A model generated the notes under the pieces. The model had not been told where the DNA came from, made no database searches, and saw only the letters and a list, made by a program, of their open reading frames with translations. A stretch of DNA of 63,646 nt, counting the filler, from Octopus bimaculoides (lineage: Eukaryota), in NCBI RefSeq assembly GCF_001194135.2. It is 4 parts of 4 records of this genome, joined end to end, with 100 filler letters (N's around TTAATTAATTAA, not from the genome) between each part and the next. Parts side by side here need not be neighbours in the genome. Positions count along the whole stretch, not along the records: positions 1 to 29,607 come from NC_068986.1; 3 more parts are not named here. One strand, written 5' to 3'. Shown here piece by piece: positions 12,254-25,664 of this stretch. A program made the translations under genes and the position numbers. Within the stretch, counting starts at the first letter, position 1; each line of letters begins with the position of its first letter.

Positions 12254-12650
12254 TTAGTTTTTGTATTTGGTTTGCAAGATTCTTTATGTGAATTTGTGTG
12301 TTGAAGCATGTTCTGTTTTGTCTGGGGAAAGTCATTCTGTTTTGATGTTTTATTAATTAACACACTCAACAGTTTGATTTTCACTGATTTACTTATTTAT
12401 TCGGTTTTTTCCCCCTAAAATTTTCTTTACTTCTTGCAACCTCTTCAATAGTTGTTGACTCTGTCCATTACCAGAGCTGTGTTCTAAACAAAAATAACGC
12501 AACTCCGACAACAGACAGAGTTAAAAACTATTGAAGAGATTGCATGAAGCAACAAAAATTTTAGAAAAGAGAAAATGAGTGGAAATTGAACTGGTGAGTG
12601 TGGGGATGTTGATGGTGGAGGTGGTTCATTGAGAATGGGATAGTTTAGAT

Positions 12651-12893
12651 CAGTGGTTCTTAATCATTTTTTGTTTTGCCTATGGCCCCTTTTGATCCTC
12701 GTTTTACTCAGACGGATCCCTATAGTCATTTGGCGTTGAAAATATTCCATTTTTATCGTTAGACATTATTAGGAATTGGATGAAGAAAGTATTTTGTGCA
12801 ATGTAGAAGTGTAACCAATTTATTACAGATAAAACCTAACAAAATCTTACACGAACCCCAAAGGTCCACACGGACCCCGATTGAGAAACGCTA
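12651..12893. mobile_element. hAT-like MITE
   Basis: Termini cagtggttct...gagaaacgcta with a near-identical 8-bp flank (gtttagat / atttaggt). Partial relatives at 31766, 36330 and 62262. Confidence 0.65.
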
Positions 12894-12948
12894 ATTTAGG
12901 TTGAGCTGTTTTGGTTTAGCTCTTGCGAGGAGGAGGAGGAGGAGGAGG

Positions 12949-12992
<44 letters not shown>

Positions 12993-13313
12993 TTTGAAAC
13001 GAGTTAGTTAAAATGAGTTATCTCCCTTGCCTGACATTGTCAAAAACAGTAAAAATCAGATCTGTTCTATTTTCGAAACGTGTTCTTCAGTCGCTAATTA
13101 TAAGTATTTCCATAGCTTCGGAGTCTCAGCAGTGATCCATGTTCCTTTAATAAAATTCAGTCAGTTGGTTATCGTTATCTATTACTTGTTTCAGCCATTA
13201 GATTGTGGCCATGCTGGGGCAACACATTGAAGGGTTTTAGCTGAAATAATCAACACCAATACTTCCTTTCTTTTTTGTTTTAATCTCTTTAAAAAATAAA
13301 TTTTATGCATTGA

Positions 13314-13577
<264 letters not shown>

Positions 13578-13804
13578 TAAGCAGCAACCAATGCCATCTC
13601 ACCATCTTTGTTGCATGTTTCCTTTAATCCATGATATTTGTTTCAATTACCATTCAGTAATTCAATCTTTTACCACTTATTCATTGTTTGTTGGTTTGTC
13701 AACCTGCCCAGCAGGATCACCACCACTGTACTGTTCATCTTCTACACCCTTACACTCCATAACATGTCCCTCACTGTCATATAACAAACTTGTCCTCCAC
13801 ACTC

Positions 13805-14660
13805 ATCATCACCATCGTTTAACGTCTGCTTTCCATGCTGGCATGGGTTGGACGGTTTGACTGAGGACTGGTGAGCCAGATGGCTGCACCAGGCCCCAAT
13901 CTGATCTGGCAGAGTTTCTACAGCTGGATGCCCTTCCTAACGCCAACCACTCCGAGAGTGTAGTGGGTGCTTTTATGTGCCACTGGCACAAGGGCCAGTC
14001 AAGCGGTACTAGCAACGACCGAGCTCGAATGTTGTCTTTCACGTGCCAGTAAGGCGACACTGGTAACGATCATGCTTGAATGGTGCATTTTACGTGCCAC
14101 CGGCACGGGAGCCAGTCAGCAGCCCTGGCAATGATCATGCTCAGATGATGCTCTTAGCGCTCCACTAGCATGGATGCCAATGTTTTTTCTCCCACATGAT
14201 GCACATACCCACCTCTCTTACTACCAAACTGTATCTCCTTCCTACCACACTACATCATACGCATGTCCTCAATCTCACATTACAACCACAGGTTCAAGAA
14301 ATCCATTGTCATAACATTATTTCCTATTCTAGTTTATTAATGTCTTCAGGAGATTTGATGAACGCCACAGTTGGCTACATGGCCACCACTCATGGTGCCA
14401 TCACTCCTGACTCAGTTTTGTTGTAATTAGTGCTTATATTGACAAAGATATCTGTGGATTATTGCCCTCCTGAATCTACACTTAGTCATGGACTGTTCTC
14501 TTCAGTCTACTTAGGTCTGTCCTCTTCACTCTCCTCTTAGACGTGTCCTTCACCCATGTTCTGTTGTACTCACTGACTATAAACATCCACATTCTAGGTT
14601 CAAACTTCATTCCCAGCATTGGCATTATATTGTAGCTGTTATTTAACATAAGATTGCCTT
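13805..14660 (-). mobile_element. RTE LINE 3' fragment (decayed post-RT coding part plus well-preserved UTR)
   Basis: UTR at 13805-14180 with subrepeats and a catcat tail. Upstream decayed codons resemble the RTE C-terminus at 2966. Confidence 0.75.
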
Positions 14661-15301
14661 AATTGAGCAGATCTGTGATCAAGGGTATTCCAGCTATGAC
14701 TGCCATCATCATCATCATCATCATCATTTTATGTCTGTTTTCCCTGCCAGCACGGATCGGATTATTTGACAGGATCTGACAAACCACAGGGCTACATTGA
14801 CCTTCAGTGTGAGCTGTGGCATGGTTTCTACTGCTGGATGCCCTTCCCAATGCCAACCCCATTACTGTGTACAACCACTTTACAGTGTCTTTTAATGAGA
14901 CACGTGTATTTAGCTCTATGCTGACCTTTGTTTTTTTCATGAAATTAGTGAGAAATAAGTAATAAATTTCTCACTAACTTCATGGAGGCTTCCTTAATGG
15001 CAATTGGTCTGCCAGATAATGTTTTGCAAAGCATTTTGGGGCTCATTAAAAGCTTCTTCTTGATAGTTTAAAACTGGTTACTTACCTGGAAAAATACATG
15101 TTTTAGCCCCCTTGGAACAGTTCACCTCTTCATAACACCCACCTTATGGTATTTAGAGTTAAATTGGCCCTCTGTATTGTACCTATTCACAGCTAGGTGG
15201 ACTCTTCTTTTGTACCTGTTTAAAGCTTGGTGGACTTTACCTCGGTGTTTACCTTGGTGGACTTTACCTCTCAACAGTCTTTCTTTTACTGTTCTTGATA
15301 A

Positions 15302-15784
<483 letters not shown>

Positions 15785-16356
15785 TATGTGTGTGTGTGTG
15801 TACACATATATCTATGATTTTTTGTTTTATTTATTATGTATGTCTCCCTATATGGTTCCATCGTAGCACTTGCTTCAGAGATGGTGTGTGCCTTGTACAA
15901 TGGAAGTAGAAAATACTCTGTAAACTAAAGAAGCAATGAAAGCAGGTGGATGGGTGTGCAGGAATGTTCTAGAAACTATGCTGTGCTATGGCTACAAATG
16001 GTAACATCCCTGTTGGCACTTCAGCCACAAGTGGCGACAACACTATCTGTGTTTGGGCTGCATTTGAGGATATTATTTGGCATCTCCTGTCTGCTTGCTT
16101 TGCTCTTTTGAATTCAAATGGAAAAAAAAAAAAAATTCCCTTGAAAAACAAGTGTTAGCAACAGGAAGAGCATCTCCTCCCACCGTTCTTCTGCAGCTAT
16201 GTCCCACCTAAGCCATACTAGTACAGGAAGTAGATATTAAATGAAATGAATGATATATTGGTGCATTGTGTGTGTGACATCTTGGTCTAAGGAATGGAAT
16301 GCTCGTTTTCTTTGTTCTTGTTAATTACTGATCCACTCACTTGTTTCATTGTTCAG

Positions 16357-16532
16357 ATTGTTGGAGGCAAGAACCACACGAAAGACCATCTTTCTGCCAA
16401 ATTTTGAAGCAACTGGAAGAAATTGCTTCTTCGTCTTTCATGACCACCCCTCAAGACTCATTCCATACAATGCAGGAAGATTGGCGTCAGGAGATAGAAC
16501 ACATGTTTGATGAACTACGGAGTAAAGAGAAG
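16357..16532 (+). CDS. MLK: MLK exon: kinase subdomain XI and start of leucine zipper
   Basis: cag|..CWRQEPHERPSFCQILKQLEEIASSSFMTTPQDSFHTMQEDWRQEIEHMFDELRSKEK|gtaagg. 176 nt. Confidence 0.97.
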
Positions 16533-16638
16533 GTAAGGGATTAGGGATATGTTGCCATTGTCTCTCTGTGGACTTGAACCCTTGCATTCATGCTTAGTGG
16601 TGGTTGTTGTTGTTGCCTGACCCAAAGTTGGGCTGTTA

Positions 16639-17230
16639 TGTTTTAATACAGAATTATCACATTACTCAAATTCCACTTAAATAATGGAGTGAACACGTGA
16701 GCAATATATATATACTCAAAAATCCACGCTGATTAAAGCAGACCCCAAAAATCCACGTGCAAAACAAAGCATTATGCAAATTAGAAGAACTGTTATTTGT
16801 ACAAATTAACAAAATACAAATACATTTAGTAAACAAGACAAAGTTACTAAACTGAGTTCAATACCGAGTCAGAACACAATATAACACCTCCCCAACAAGT
16901 ATGGAATATAAAACGTAAATTACACAGTATCACAACAAAATTGAAATCAGTGTTGTGACACATAGTAGTCAGGAGGTTTTCTTCGTCTTGTTGATCTTCT
17001 TGGATGTTGACAACTGTGTTCTGGAGTTGAGTTATTGTCGTTAAGTGGTAACGATGAGCTAACAGGTTCTTCTCGAGGAGCAGACTCGTCTATAACTTGA
17101 GGTTCTGAATCACGGAAAGAAAGCGCATCTCCTGGCTCTTTGTCATCTTCCAAAGAATTACAGGTATTCAAGCCACATCCAATTGACTGCTTTCTTCAGA
17201 CATTGTGTGCCCGTTACAATGCTATTCATT
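16639..17230 (-). mobile_element. Ty3/Gypsy-like LTR retrotransposon 3' remnant (pol tail, PPT, 3' LTR)
   Basis: ORF ends PRRSTRRRKPPDYYVSQH*. On the minus strand a PPT-like ttggggagg is followed by TG...CA (16886-16639, about 248 bp) with attaaa near its end. Confidence 0.7.
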
Positions 17231-17627
17231 GTGTTTTTTCTTTTCCTAATAGAGCAAAGTGTAATTTTCGTAAGACTTAGCTGCTATTTCAAGCAAACTG
17301 AGTGACCATTTGTGGGTTCTTTTGGCTTATGTTTATTTATTGTGACAGTGGGTATCAGTGTGTCTTTATGTTGTTGCGTAAACTCCAGGCCATCTCTGAC
17401 TCAGCAGAACTATTGCACTCTGAGGATAATGGAGATATTGGCAGCAGTGGTGGTGGTGGTGGTGGTGGTGGTGATGCTCTGTGTGTGGTATTGTGATGTA
17501 GTGTTGAAGTAGGATGTGGTAATTGTGATGCTAGTGGCAGTGGTGTAGGTTGTAAGATCAAATGAAAACAGCATTAAGCTTACTAGAGAGGTTCTGGATG
17601 TAATGTGAAGAGCTAATGTATGTCTTC

Positions 17628-17871
17628 TTGGAGTAAAGATTGTTTGCCACCATAACATGGCAGTCCTGGTTTAGGATGAAGGTTGCTGTAATTTAGCCCC
17701 AGGAGACATCGTCTCCAGCTGGCTATACAACACAATCTGTGTCCTTATATTTTCGAACACAGATCGTGTTGTATAGCCAGCTGGAGACGATATCTCCTGG
17801 GGCTAAATTACAGCAATATTCATCCTAAACCAGAACCGCCGTGTTATATTGCCAAACAATCTTTACTCCAA
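17628..17871. repeat. long palindrome (115-bp arms, 14-nt loop); foldback/MITE-like
   Basis: 17628-17742 is the near-perfect reverse complement of 17757-17871. Confidence 0.95.
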
Positions 17872-18101
17872 AGTACCGTTGCTGAATATCTCATGTTGTG
17901 AGATTTACAAATAGTAATTTTCTAGTATGTCTTCTTGTTTCATAGTCCCCACGCCCCATTTTTACCCCACAACCACATTGTTGAATAATGGCAGTTTAAC
18001 ATTATATCTCTTCGTTGTGTATGTGAGACAATGCATGTCTTTTTGTGTATGTATTTCTGTGCATGTATCCATCTGTGTGTGTGTGTGTTTGTGTGTTTTA
18101 G

Positions 18102-18345
18102 GAGCTGCGAAACCGTGAAGAGGAACTGACCAAAGCTGCAGTGCAGCAGAAAATCCAAGAGGAACTGCTGAAGAAACGGGAGCAGGAGCTGGCTGAGCGT
18201 GAAATTGATCTTGTCCAACGGGAGTTGAATGTCATGTTTATACAGCAGGACATCAACAAACCAACACCAAAGAAGAGAAAAGATAAATTCCGTATGTTTC
18301 GAAACAGACCTGAAATCGGTGGAAAGACGATCAGTGTGCCATCAA
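18102..18345 (+). CDS. MLK: MLK exon: leucine zippers, basic region, first half of CRIB
   Basis: tag|ELRNREEELTKAAVQQKIQEELLKKREQELAEREIDLVQRELNVM..KPTPKKRKDKF..ISVPS|gtaagt. 244 nt. Confidence 0.96.
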
Positions 18346-19120
18346 GTAAGTTGTTGTTGTTGTTGTTTAACCCTGGGTCAGCTTGTCTCGGCAAACTTTT
18401 GATCAGAGACCCTGGTTATCTTCTCTGTTTATTCGTATTGTATAGTGACTGTATGCAGTTTGGTTTTTGTTGATCTTGCTTAGCCCCAGGTCAGCTGTGA
18501 CTGAGCAGACAAATGTTCAAAAGCATTCCAGCTATGGCCATCCTGGTTAAAGTAACTATACTCTACCTGTAAACCTCTGGTTACATCAACATCTTTCTCT
18601 CAAAATTCTTAGGTTTCTGCCTAAATTAGAAGCCATTTTTAAGGCAGTCAAAATGCTTAGTGGCGTTTCCTCTGTCTGCACATTTTGAGTTCAAACTCTT
18701 CCAAGGTTGACTTTGCCTTTCATCCTTTTGGGGTTGATAAATTAAGTATCAGTTTTTATCATTTATTTCTTGAACTCTTTGTATGGGGTTACGTGTTCTG
18801 TTGGCATTAGGACCCTGTGCACGCATTTTGCATTTAGCTACTGGTGTTGTATCCTCATCAGCAGCTTTTTGATTTTGACAATGCAGGATTGTGCAACTTT
18901 CAGAAAGCAAACTATCTCTATAACATTATGTTGCGCTTTTAAGGCAATGATTACAGTGTGTCTTTTCATTTGTCGAGTCAACCTGAAAAGCAAAGTAATA
19001 ACAAAAATAGTTAGAAGAAAGCTAGGGCTCTTGAAAGCAGTGTCCGCAAAAAAAAAAAAAGGAACTGATTCATCCTGTATAAGTATATTTGTGTGTGTGT
19101 GTGTGTATTTACTTCTGGAG

Positions 19121-19440
19121 CACTCCGTCGGTTACGACGATGAGGGTCCCAGCTGATACGACCAACGGATCAGCTTGCTTGTGAAATTAACGTGCAAGTG
19201 GCTGAGCACTCAACAGACACGTGTACCCTTAACGTAGTTCTCAAGGAGATTCAGCGTGACACAGAGTGTAACAAGGCTGGCCCTTTCAAATACAGTTATT
19301 ACTCATTTTTGCCAGCTGAGTGGACTGGAGCAACGTGAAAAATAGAGTGTTTTGCTCAAGGACACGTGTCACTGGAAATTGAACTGACGACCTTACAATT
19401 GTGAGCCGAATGCCCTAACCACTAAGCCACGTGCCTTCAC
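19121..19440 (-). mobile_element. tRNA-derived SINE (family B)
   Basis: Head gtgaaggcacgtggcttagtggttaggg... plus a conserved body. Copies at 36897, 42386 and elsewhere. Confidence 0.85.
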
Positions 19441-19492
19441 ATCTTTACATCTACTTGTATATGAATGTGTGTATTTTATTTATTATGTCCAG

Positions 19493-19612
19493 ACTTCCAG
19501 CATAAGATCACTGTCCAGCAGGAGCAATCATCCTACCAAGGTTATTCAAATCCTGACAGTCCTCCACTGCAATCTCAACAAGCTGCACCACTAAGACTGC
19601 GAGCCATTGCAT
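19493..19612 (+). CDS. MLK: MLK exon: second half of CRIB motif and ..LRAI segment
   Basis: cag|..FQHKITVQQEQSSYQGYSNPDSPPLQSQQAAPLRLRAIA..|gtaagt. 120 nt; completes ISVPSNFQHKITV. Confidence 0.93.
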
Positions 19613-19751
19613 GTAAGTGACGGTCTGCTTTTTTGTTTTGTTTCATTGTGTGTTTTTGTGTGCATGTGGGATCATGTAGTCTTTGGCTAGGACTGAATAG
19701 CTGCACAAAAGCATACATGCAGATTTTGATGTGTCCATGCAGTTGTGTATG

Positions 19752-19786
<35 letters not shown>

Positions 19787-20106
19787 TGATGATTGGTTGT
19801 GTGGAGGTTGTTTGGATGTCCCTGTGTCATTTGGCTTCTCATCCTTCCATCACCTCAACCCATCATTCTCCCAGTCTCCCCTCCTTATTTCATTTACCAT
19901 ATCAATGTTCTCTCTTTTCTTCCTGTCTCTTTGACTTTTTTTTTACTACTTCCCATTTCCATTATTTCTGTCTTTCTCTTTCTCATCTGTCTCTGTCTGT
20001 CTGTCTGTCTGTCTCTTTTTCACTCTCTTGATATCCATTCCACTCTTCCTCCTACCAACACCTGTATTCTATATACATGTGTGTGTGTATATGTATACAT
20101 GTGTGC

Positions 20107-20149
<43 letters not shown>

Positions 20150-20167
20150 TACATACATACATACATA

Positions 20168-20420
20168 CACCAGGGTGCAAAAGTAGGTATACAGTAAGTA
20201 TCACATCAATGTTGTAATAATTAATTCATTAAGGTTATTAGCATATTAAATTAGTTAGCCTCATTTTGGATATTTCCAGTGTCAGTAATCATAATAATAT
20301 ATTTATCATAACTATAATTATATTTTTATCGTCACTTTCAATTGTTTTTGATAAAAATAAATGAATATTGTATGCGTTTTCTTTTATTCATAAATGTATA
20401 CCTACTTTTGCACCACCCCG
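20168..20420. mobile_element. Tc1/mariner-type MITE
   Basis: TIR core ggtgcaaaagtaggtataca / tgtatacctacttttgcacc, with TA on both flanks. Confidence 0.75.
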
Positions 20421-21246
20421 TATGTGTGTGTGTGTGTGTGTTTATGTTTAGTTTAATAAAATTTGTACTCTACAAAATTGTTTTTATTATTTCTGAAACA
20501 AGAATATTATTGACAGTGACTTCAAATTTTTGACCATTTAAGCTATCGACAGTCCGACGATGGCTTAACTATCCAAAACTTTGAACTCACTATCAATAGT
20601 ATTCTTGTTTCATAAATAAATATCTGTTTATATAGCCCCTGTATTGTTTTGTAATGAGGTATGTGTGTAACAAAAGGGCTGCTGTATCAGGGTCACATTG
20701 CTGATGCTGTTTTGTTGTGTTACGTATGTGACAGGAATGGTAGTGGTGTATGGTGTGTTACATATGTGACATTGGAGTAATGCAATGGTACTCCAGGCAG
20801 TGCTTGGAGTATCACCGACATATATTGATCTGTGAGCTAATATCTTTGATAAACTTGATTGATCTAGTGTAAATAGTGCATGGTTTGAGAGTTTATGAAA
20901 TGATGTTAGTGCATGGCATGTGACTTGGTGTGACACTATTGCAGTGCCAGTGTTGCATGATGTGACACCGTTGCACTAATAATGGCGTAGAGCATGTGGT
21001 ATTGCTAAATTCACTTATTCTTACACAATTAATTGTAAACTACATCACAATATAATGAAAAGCAACATGCACACACTCTCCTCACATATTTATAAATGTG
21101 TGCGTGCACGTGTGTGTAGTTGTAAAAATGAAGTGAAACCAAAAAGTGATATTTTAAAAACATTTAATGCCTAAGTTTTAGGTTTGAATAATATATGATA
21201 CTATACAATAGAAAATGCATCCACTATGTAAACTCTTCTCTGTTAA

Positions 21247-21718
21247 TGATAGGGCACAGATAGTGTGTCAATAGCCAGCTGAAGGAGATGTCTTCCTGGG
21301 GCTACAAACTACTGTAGCATCAACCCTTAGGGGTTAGCCACATTTAAGTGGCAAATATACTTCTCGATGTCGTGCGGCTACTGTTTATACCTCGCTCAGA
21401 GATTTATTATTGCTTGTTTACATTTTTTCGAGATCAGTGACTTTTCATCACTGGAAAAAGTATATATATTTGCATTGAGAATCATTTCCCATCGCCAACC
21501 GTTGGTTGTCACATGCTGATAACGGCTATATAAGAGAAACTTGGATCCGTGTGTATCATGTCAGGCTGGAGATGGGAACGATGACTTCCCTTTGCAAACA
21601 CTGATAGGACACAGATCGTGTGTCAATAGCCAGCTGGAGGAGATGTCTTCCTGGGGCGCCAAGCTCCAGTAGCATCATCCCTTAAGGGTTAGCCACATTT
21701 AGGTGGCAAATATACTTC
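21247..21718. repeat. pair of 117-bp direct repeats (21247-21363, 21602-21718) around a 238-bp spacer
   Basis: Visible alignment with few mismatches. The 5' half matches an arm of the 17628 palindrome. Confidence 0.85.
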
Positions 21719-21730
21719 AAGATATAGAAC

Positions 21731-21770
<40 letters not shown>

Positions 21771-22299
21771 CTTTATTTAAAAGCAACAGAAATATAACAA
21801 AAAGTTTCATGTTCCCGTTCATCGGACAGTTTTGTTAAAAATGGGCTCTCCCATTACATCGATTTTAAATACAGTGCTATCTTTAGCTGCACAGATATGA
21901 AATTTCAACAGACAAGATACGTTAATATACATTTCTTCCATCCTTTTGCTCTGTTAAAATATTTAAGTAAAATTATATTAATATATCGTGTCTGTTGAAA
22001 TTCTATATCTGTGATGCTGAAGATAACGCTGTATTTAAAATTGATGTAATGATTGCATTGTTCAGTTAAATGGAGCCGCTTGAGAGAGAGAGAGAGAGAG
22101 AGACAGAGAGTGTTATGTATGTATATATTATGCAAACCTGAAATGCAGATATTAAATGCTTTCAAAATATCATCATTTGATTTAATTTCATTATTACAAC
22201 TTACATGACTTGATGTGATGCCAATCTTAACTCCACCAATGTGGATACTCTAACAAGCAGTTTGTTATATTTTTGGTTTGAGTTGAAAATTCTAATACC

Positions 22300-22349
22300 A
22301 TGCATTGTTTCTTAGTGTTACATGAAATATATATATATGTATATATGTA

Positions 22350-22390
<41 letters not shown>

Positions 22391-22515
22391 GTATATATGT
22401 GTATATATGTATATATGTATATATTAATATGTATATGTGTTTGTATATATGTATTTGTGTATGTATATATATATGTATATGTGTATGTATGTATATATAT
22501 ATATGTGTGTGTATG

Positions 22516-22550
<35 letters not shown>

Positions 22551-22599
22551 ATGTATATATATATATATATGTATATGTGTATGTATATATATTTATGTG

Positions 22600-22632
<33 letters not shown>

Positions 22633-22689
22633 ATGTATATGTATATGNNNNNNNNNNNNNNNNNNNNNNNNNNNNNNNNNNNNNNNNNN

Positions 22690-22740
<51 letters not shown>

Positions 22741-22850
22741 ATGTATATATGTATGTGTATATATGTATATATATATGTTATATATGTATGTGTATATATT
22801 TTTATATATATATATGTATATAATTTGCTTGTACCTATTTCAGTATAAAT
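22300..22850. repeat. compound (TA)/(TG)/(TATG) microsatellite with gap
   Basis: Direct reading. Confidence 0.95.
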
Positions 22851-22935
22851 GTATGTATATAAATATGTCTACATGTAATCATAAATATTTGCTCTGAATT
22901 TCGTTGAAGTATACTAAAACTGCATGCCGTTTCAT

Positions 22936-22955
22936 CTAACCCTAACCCTAACCCT
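22936..22955. repeat. (CTAACC)x3, telomere-like and branch-point-like repeat
   Basis: ctaaccctaaccctaaccct, 80 nt upstream of the 23036 acceptor. Confidence 0.8.
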
Positions 22956-23035
22956 CTGCTCCATCCACCCCACCTGCTAGTGTGTCTGTGTGTCACATAT
23001 TGTTAAGCTTTGTTGTATATAACTCTCTGTTTCAG

Positions 23036-23212
23036 TTCCAGTAGATGGTGTCAAAGGCAAGACTTGGGGTCCAAGCTCGGTCCAGAAGGACCGTCATCAG
23101 CGGACATCTGTTGACTTTGCTGGCGGGCGTTGGTCGAAGAGTACCCCTAACCTAGAGAAATCCCTTTCTCAGTTGGGTGGCCACTCAAATATGGGTGCTT
23201 TGATGGAGCTTT
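23036..23212 (+). CDS. MLK: MLK exon: KGKTWGPSS and WSKSTPNL motifs
   Basis: cag|..PVDGVKGKTWGPSSVQKDRHQRTSVDFAGGRWSKSTPNLEKSLSQLGGHSNMGALMEL..|gtaagt. 177 nt, phase 1 at both ends. Confidence 0.93.
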
Positions 23213-23335
23213 GTAAGTTATTTGCTCACTTTCATACGGTTTATGGATGACGCAGCGAGATGCATCTTCGAAGACATTCCAAGCTTCTCTGGTTCTTCTC
23301 TCGTGTTATGCTGTTATGCTCTTTATCGATCGTAT

Positions 23336-23383
<48 letters not shown>

Positions 23384-23759
23384 TATGGATTATATAGATA
23401 TCATTTATGTATTATGTATATGTATTATATATTATGTTGTTGATAATAGACCCGTGTGTGTGTATATAAACACACACATACAAAATTTATGCAAGAAATG
23501 GAATATTACTGATGTTTGGTGAGAAGATTCCTTCCTTTGGAATAGAAACGATCAACCAATAAAACAACAGTTGTACACATATGTTTGTGTGTATTATTAT
23601 CATATTTTGGTCATACAAAAATAATGAGTTCTCAATACATGGTGTAGAGTTTATTATTCTTTATAATTTGAAGATTTACTCTGTTATTTGTTTGAGTTTG
23701 TTGCCTTGTGGCAAGAAGGTGTGTGTGTGTGTGTGTGAAGATATTTGGTGGTGTTTGTT

Positions 23760-24200
23760 GGTTATGTAGTGTAAATGGACAATGGAAGATGTATGCAAAA
23801 GCTGCCTCCTGCTGACATTCCACTGCACTCATTGCAGATGAAGCTGGACAAAGATTGGGGATGAAGTGATGAGATTAGATCTCAATATGTTGGATTTCAA
23901 AGACAAGATGACTAAAGACTAAAACAGGTTGTGTTAGATTGTAGAGAGGACTTGTCTAATCCATGCCAGCATGGTGATGTGTACAGTAAAACAAAAATAT
24001 ATATGATGAATGCTGGAAGAAAATGTGTATTCTGTGAGTAGATGAGGCCCACGATGGATGATAAAGTGGTACAGTTAGATCTCAAGGCATTGTGTCTTAC
24101 AGAAGACTGCAAAATGGAAATGGTTCTGTAGAGCAGATGTAACCAAACTTGCCAGCATCGACCAACATATTAAGGTGACGACAGCAATAATGATAGAAAT
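23760..24200 (+). mobile_element. decayed RTE C-terminal and UTR fragments
   Basis: Two partial repeats of the GRPR..W..V..DL region (ttagatctcaa) plus catgccagcatgg. Confidence 0.5.
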
Positions 24201-25613
24201 AATGACGATGATGATATACCCTATATTTTACTGTATATAGTTTTATATATGCCATATTGATATAACCTTACCGTAAAGACATTAACCATTTCTAATCTGT
24301 TGATGGGTTCTTCTCATAATTCTACAATTTCAAATATTTCTCTGATATCTCTTTGTTTTTATTCTCTGTGTCTCCATTCTGTGATGAAGAAATATTAAAG
24401 TTAAAAAGAACAGAAGTACAATAATTTTTCATTAGGAATTTTTATTAATTATATTAATTACTTCATTATAAAGGGACTAAGAAAAATGTTGCTTGAAAGA
24501 ATAATCTCTCTCTCTCTCTTGTAATATACTGTGCCATCACATTCAATAAGCCACTGTCTGTTGTGGTGTCCAGTGTATTTCTGAACCTGACAGAGGTAAT
24601 CTCCTCTGGAATCGTATTGTTCTAGTATGTGTGTCTGATAGCCAAATGAATTGATTGGTGGACTATGGTCTGAGCGCAGACTACATTGACCCGATACACA
24701 TTACTAGCAGCTAGGTGTACTGTGTTCTGTGATTGAGCCACATGAATATGGTACCGGTTGCTGATAGCTAAGTGGTGAATGGATTGATGGACTCTGATCT
24801 GAGATGCAGCCTCGTTGATCGAGTGCTGGGTGTAACCGGCCCACTTATGAGTACCCCTCATTCATTGGACAATAAACTTTGCTTGTGAAGACCTATTGAG
24901 GCAGGTGTAAACAAATCAAAATCGCTGACGTAGCCGATGACAATATTGCCTGATTGGCACTCGTGCCAGTGGAACGTTAAAAGCACCATTCAAGCGTGAT
25001 CGTTGCCAGCATCGCATTACCCCAGTTGGAAAAAGATAAAAAGGTGTCAGGGTGTCCCCTCAAGTTACAAAATGGTGAATATAAGAGAAATGATAGAAAG
25101 GGTCAGGGCAGGGTAAGTGGATAGGTGAGTTAAATCCACAGGAAGGAGAAAGGGAGATGAGGATGGAGATGGTTCTAATTAAAGGATCGGTGGATTGGGT
25201 ACAGTGATTGGTTTTTAACTTGTCATATCCATCAGTGAGTACCCCTTTTCCTGGCCCCTCTTGAGAGAGGGGGTAGGGGTGGTATTGGCCATTGAGAGGT
25301 CAAGTTGTTTACTTCTCAGCATGTTTTGAGTTTATTTTAGAATTGTATTTCCCAGCATGGATTGAGATATTGTCCCAGCATGCTCTGTAGCACAGTGTCC
25401 CAGCATGACTGGTGACTGGTTGTTGTAGCAGGACTTGTAACACAGTCCCACTTTGTAAGTAATGTCCGTTCAGAAACTGATGATGTGTTATTGTTGCATG
25501 CAGTATTGTTTTGGCATGAGCTTTTCTATTACAGTTCTATATTTGAGAGACGAGGAGGAATTATTTACATTATTTACATTTGATGTATATTTGTCCTCAT
25601 CTTGTTTGTTGTT

Positions 25614-25664
25614 AACACAACGTTTCGTTCGGCTGATATAACCCTCCAGCTTTCATCAGGTGCT
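25614..25664 (-). ncRNA. degenerate minimal hammerhead motif (4-nt GAAC duplication before GAAA)
   Basis: Minus strand: agcac CTGATGA aagctggagggttatatcagcc gaac GAAA cg TT gtgtt. Confidence 0.5.

Noticed and set aside
16947-17171. 74-aa ORF as a host gene
   Set aside because: It is the tail of a Gypsy-like pol.
22300-22897. Long YI/CV/HT-repeat ORFs (also 4099, 28984, 38100, 41816 and others)
   Set aside because: Microsatellite translation artefacts.
23838-23869. Alternative short terminal MLK exon (ttgcag|ATGAAGCT...TGA, phase-compatible)
   Set aside because: Weak pyrimidine tract, and it lies within a decayed RTE fragment; needs RNA evidence.
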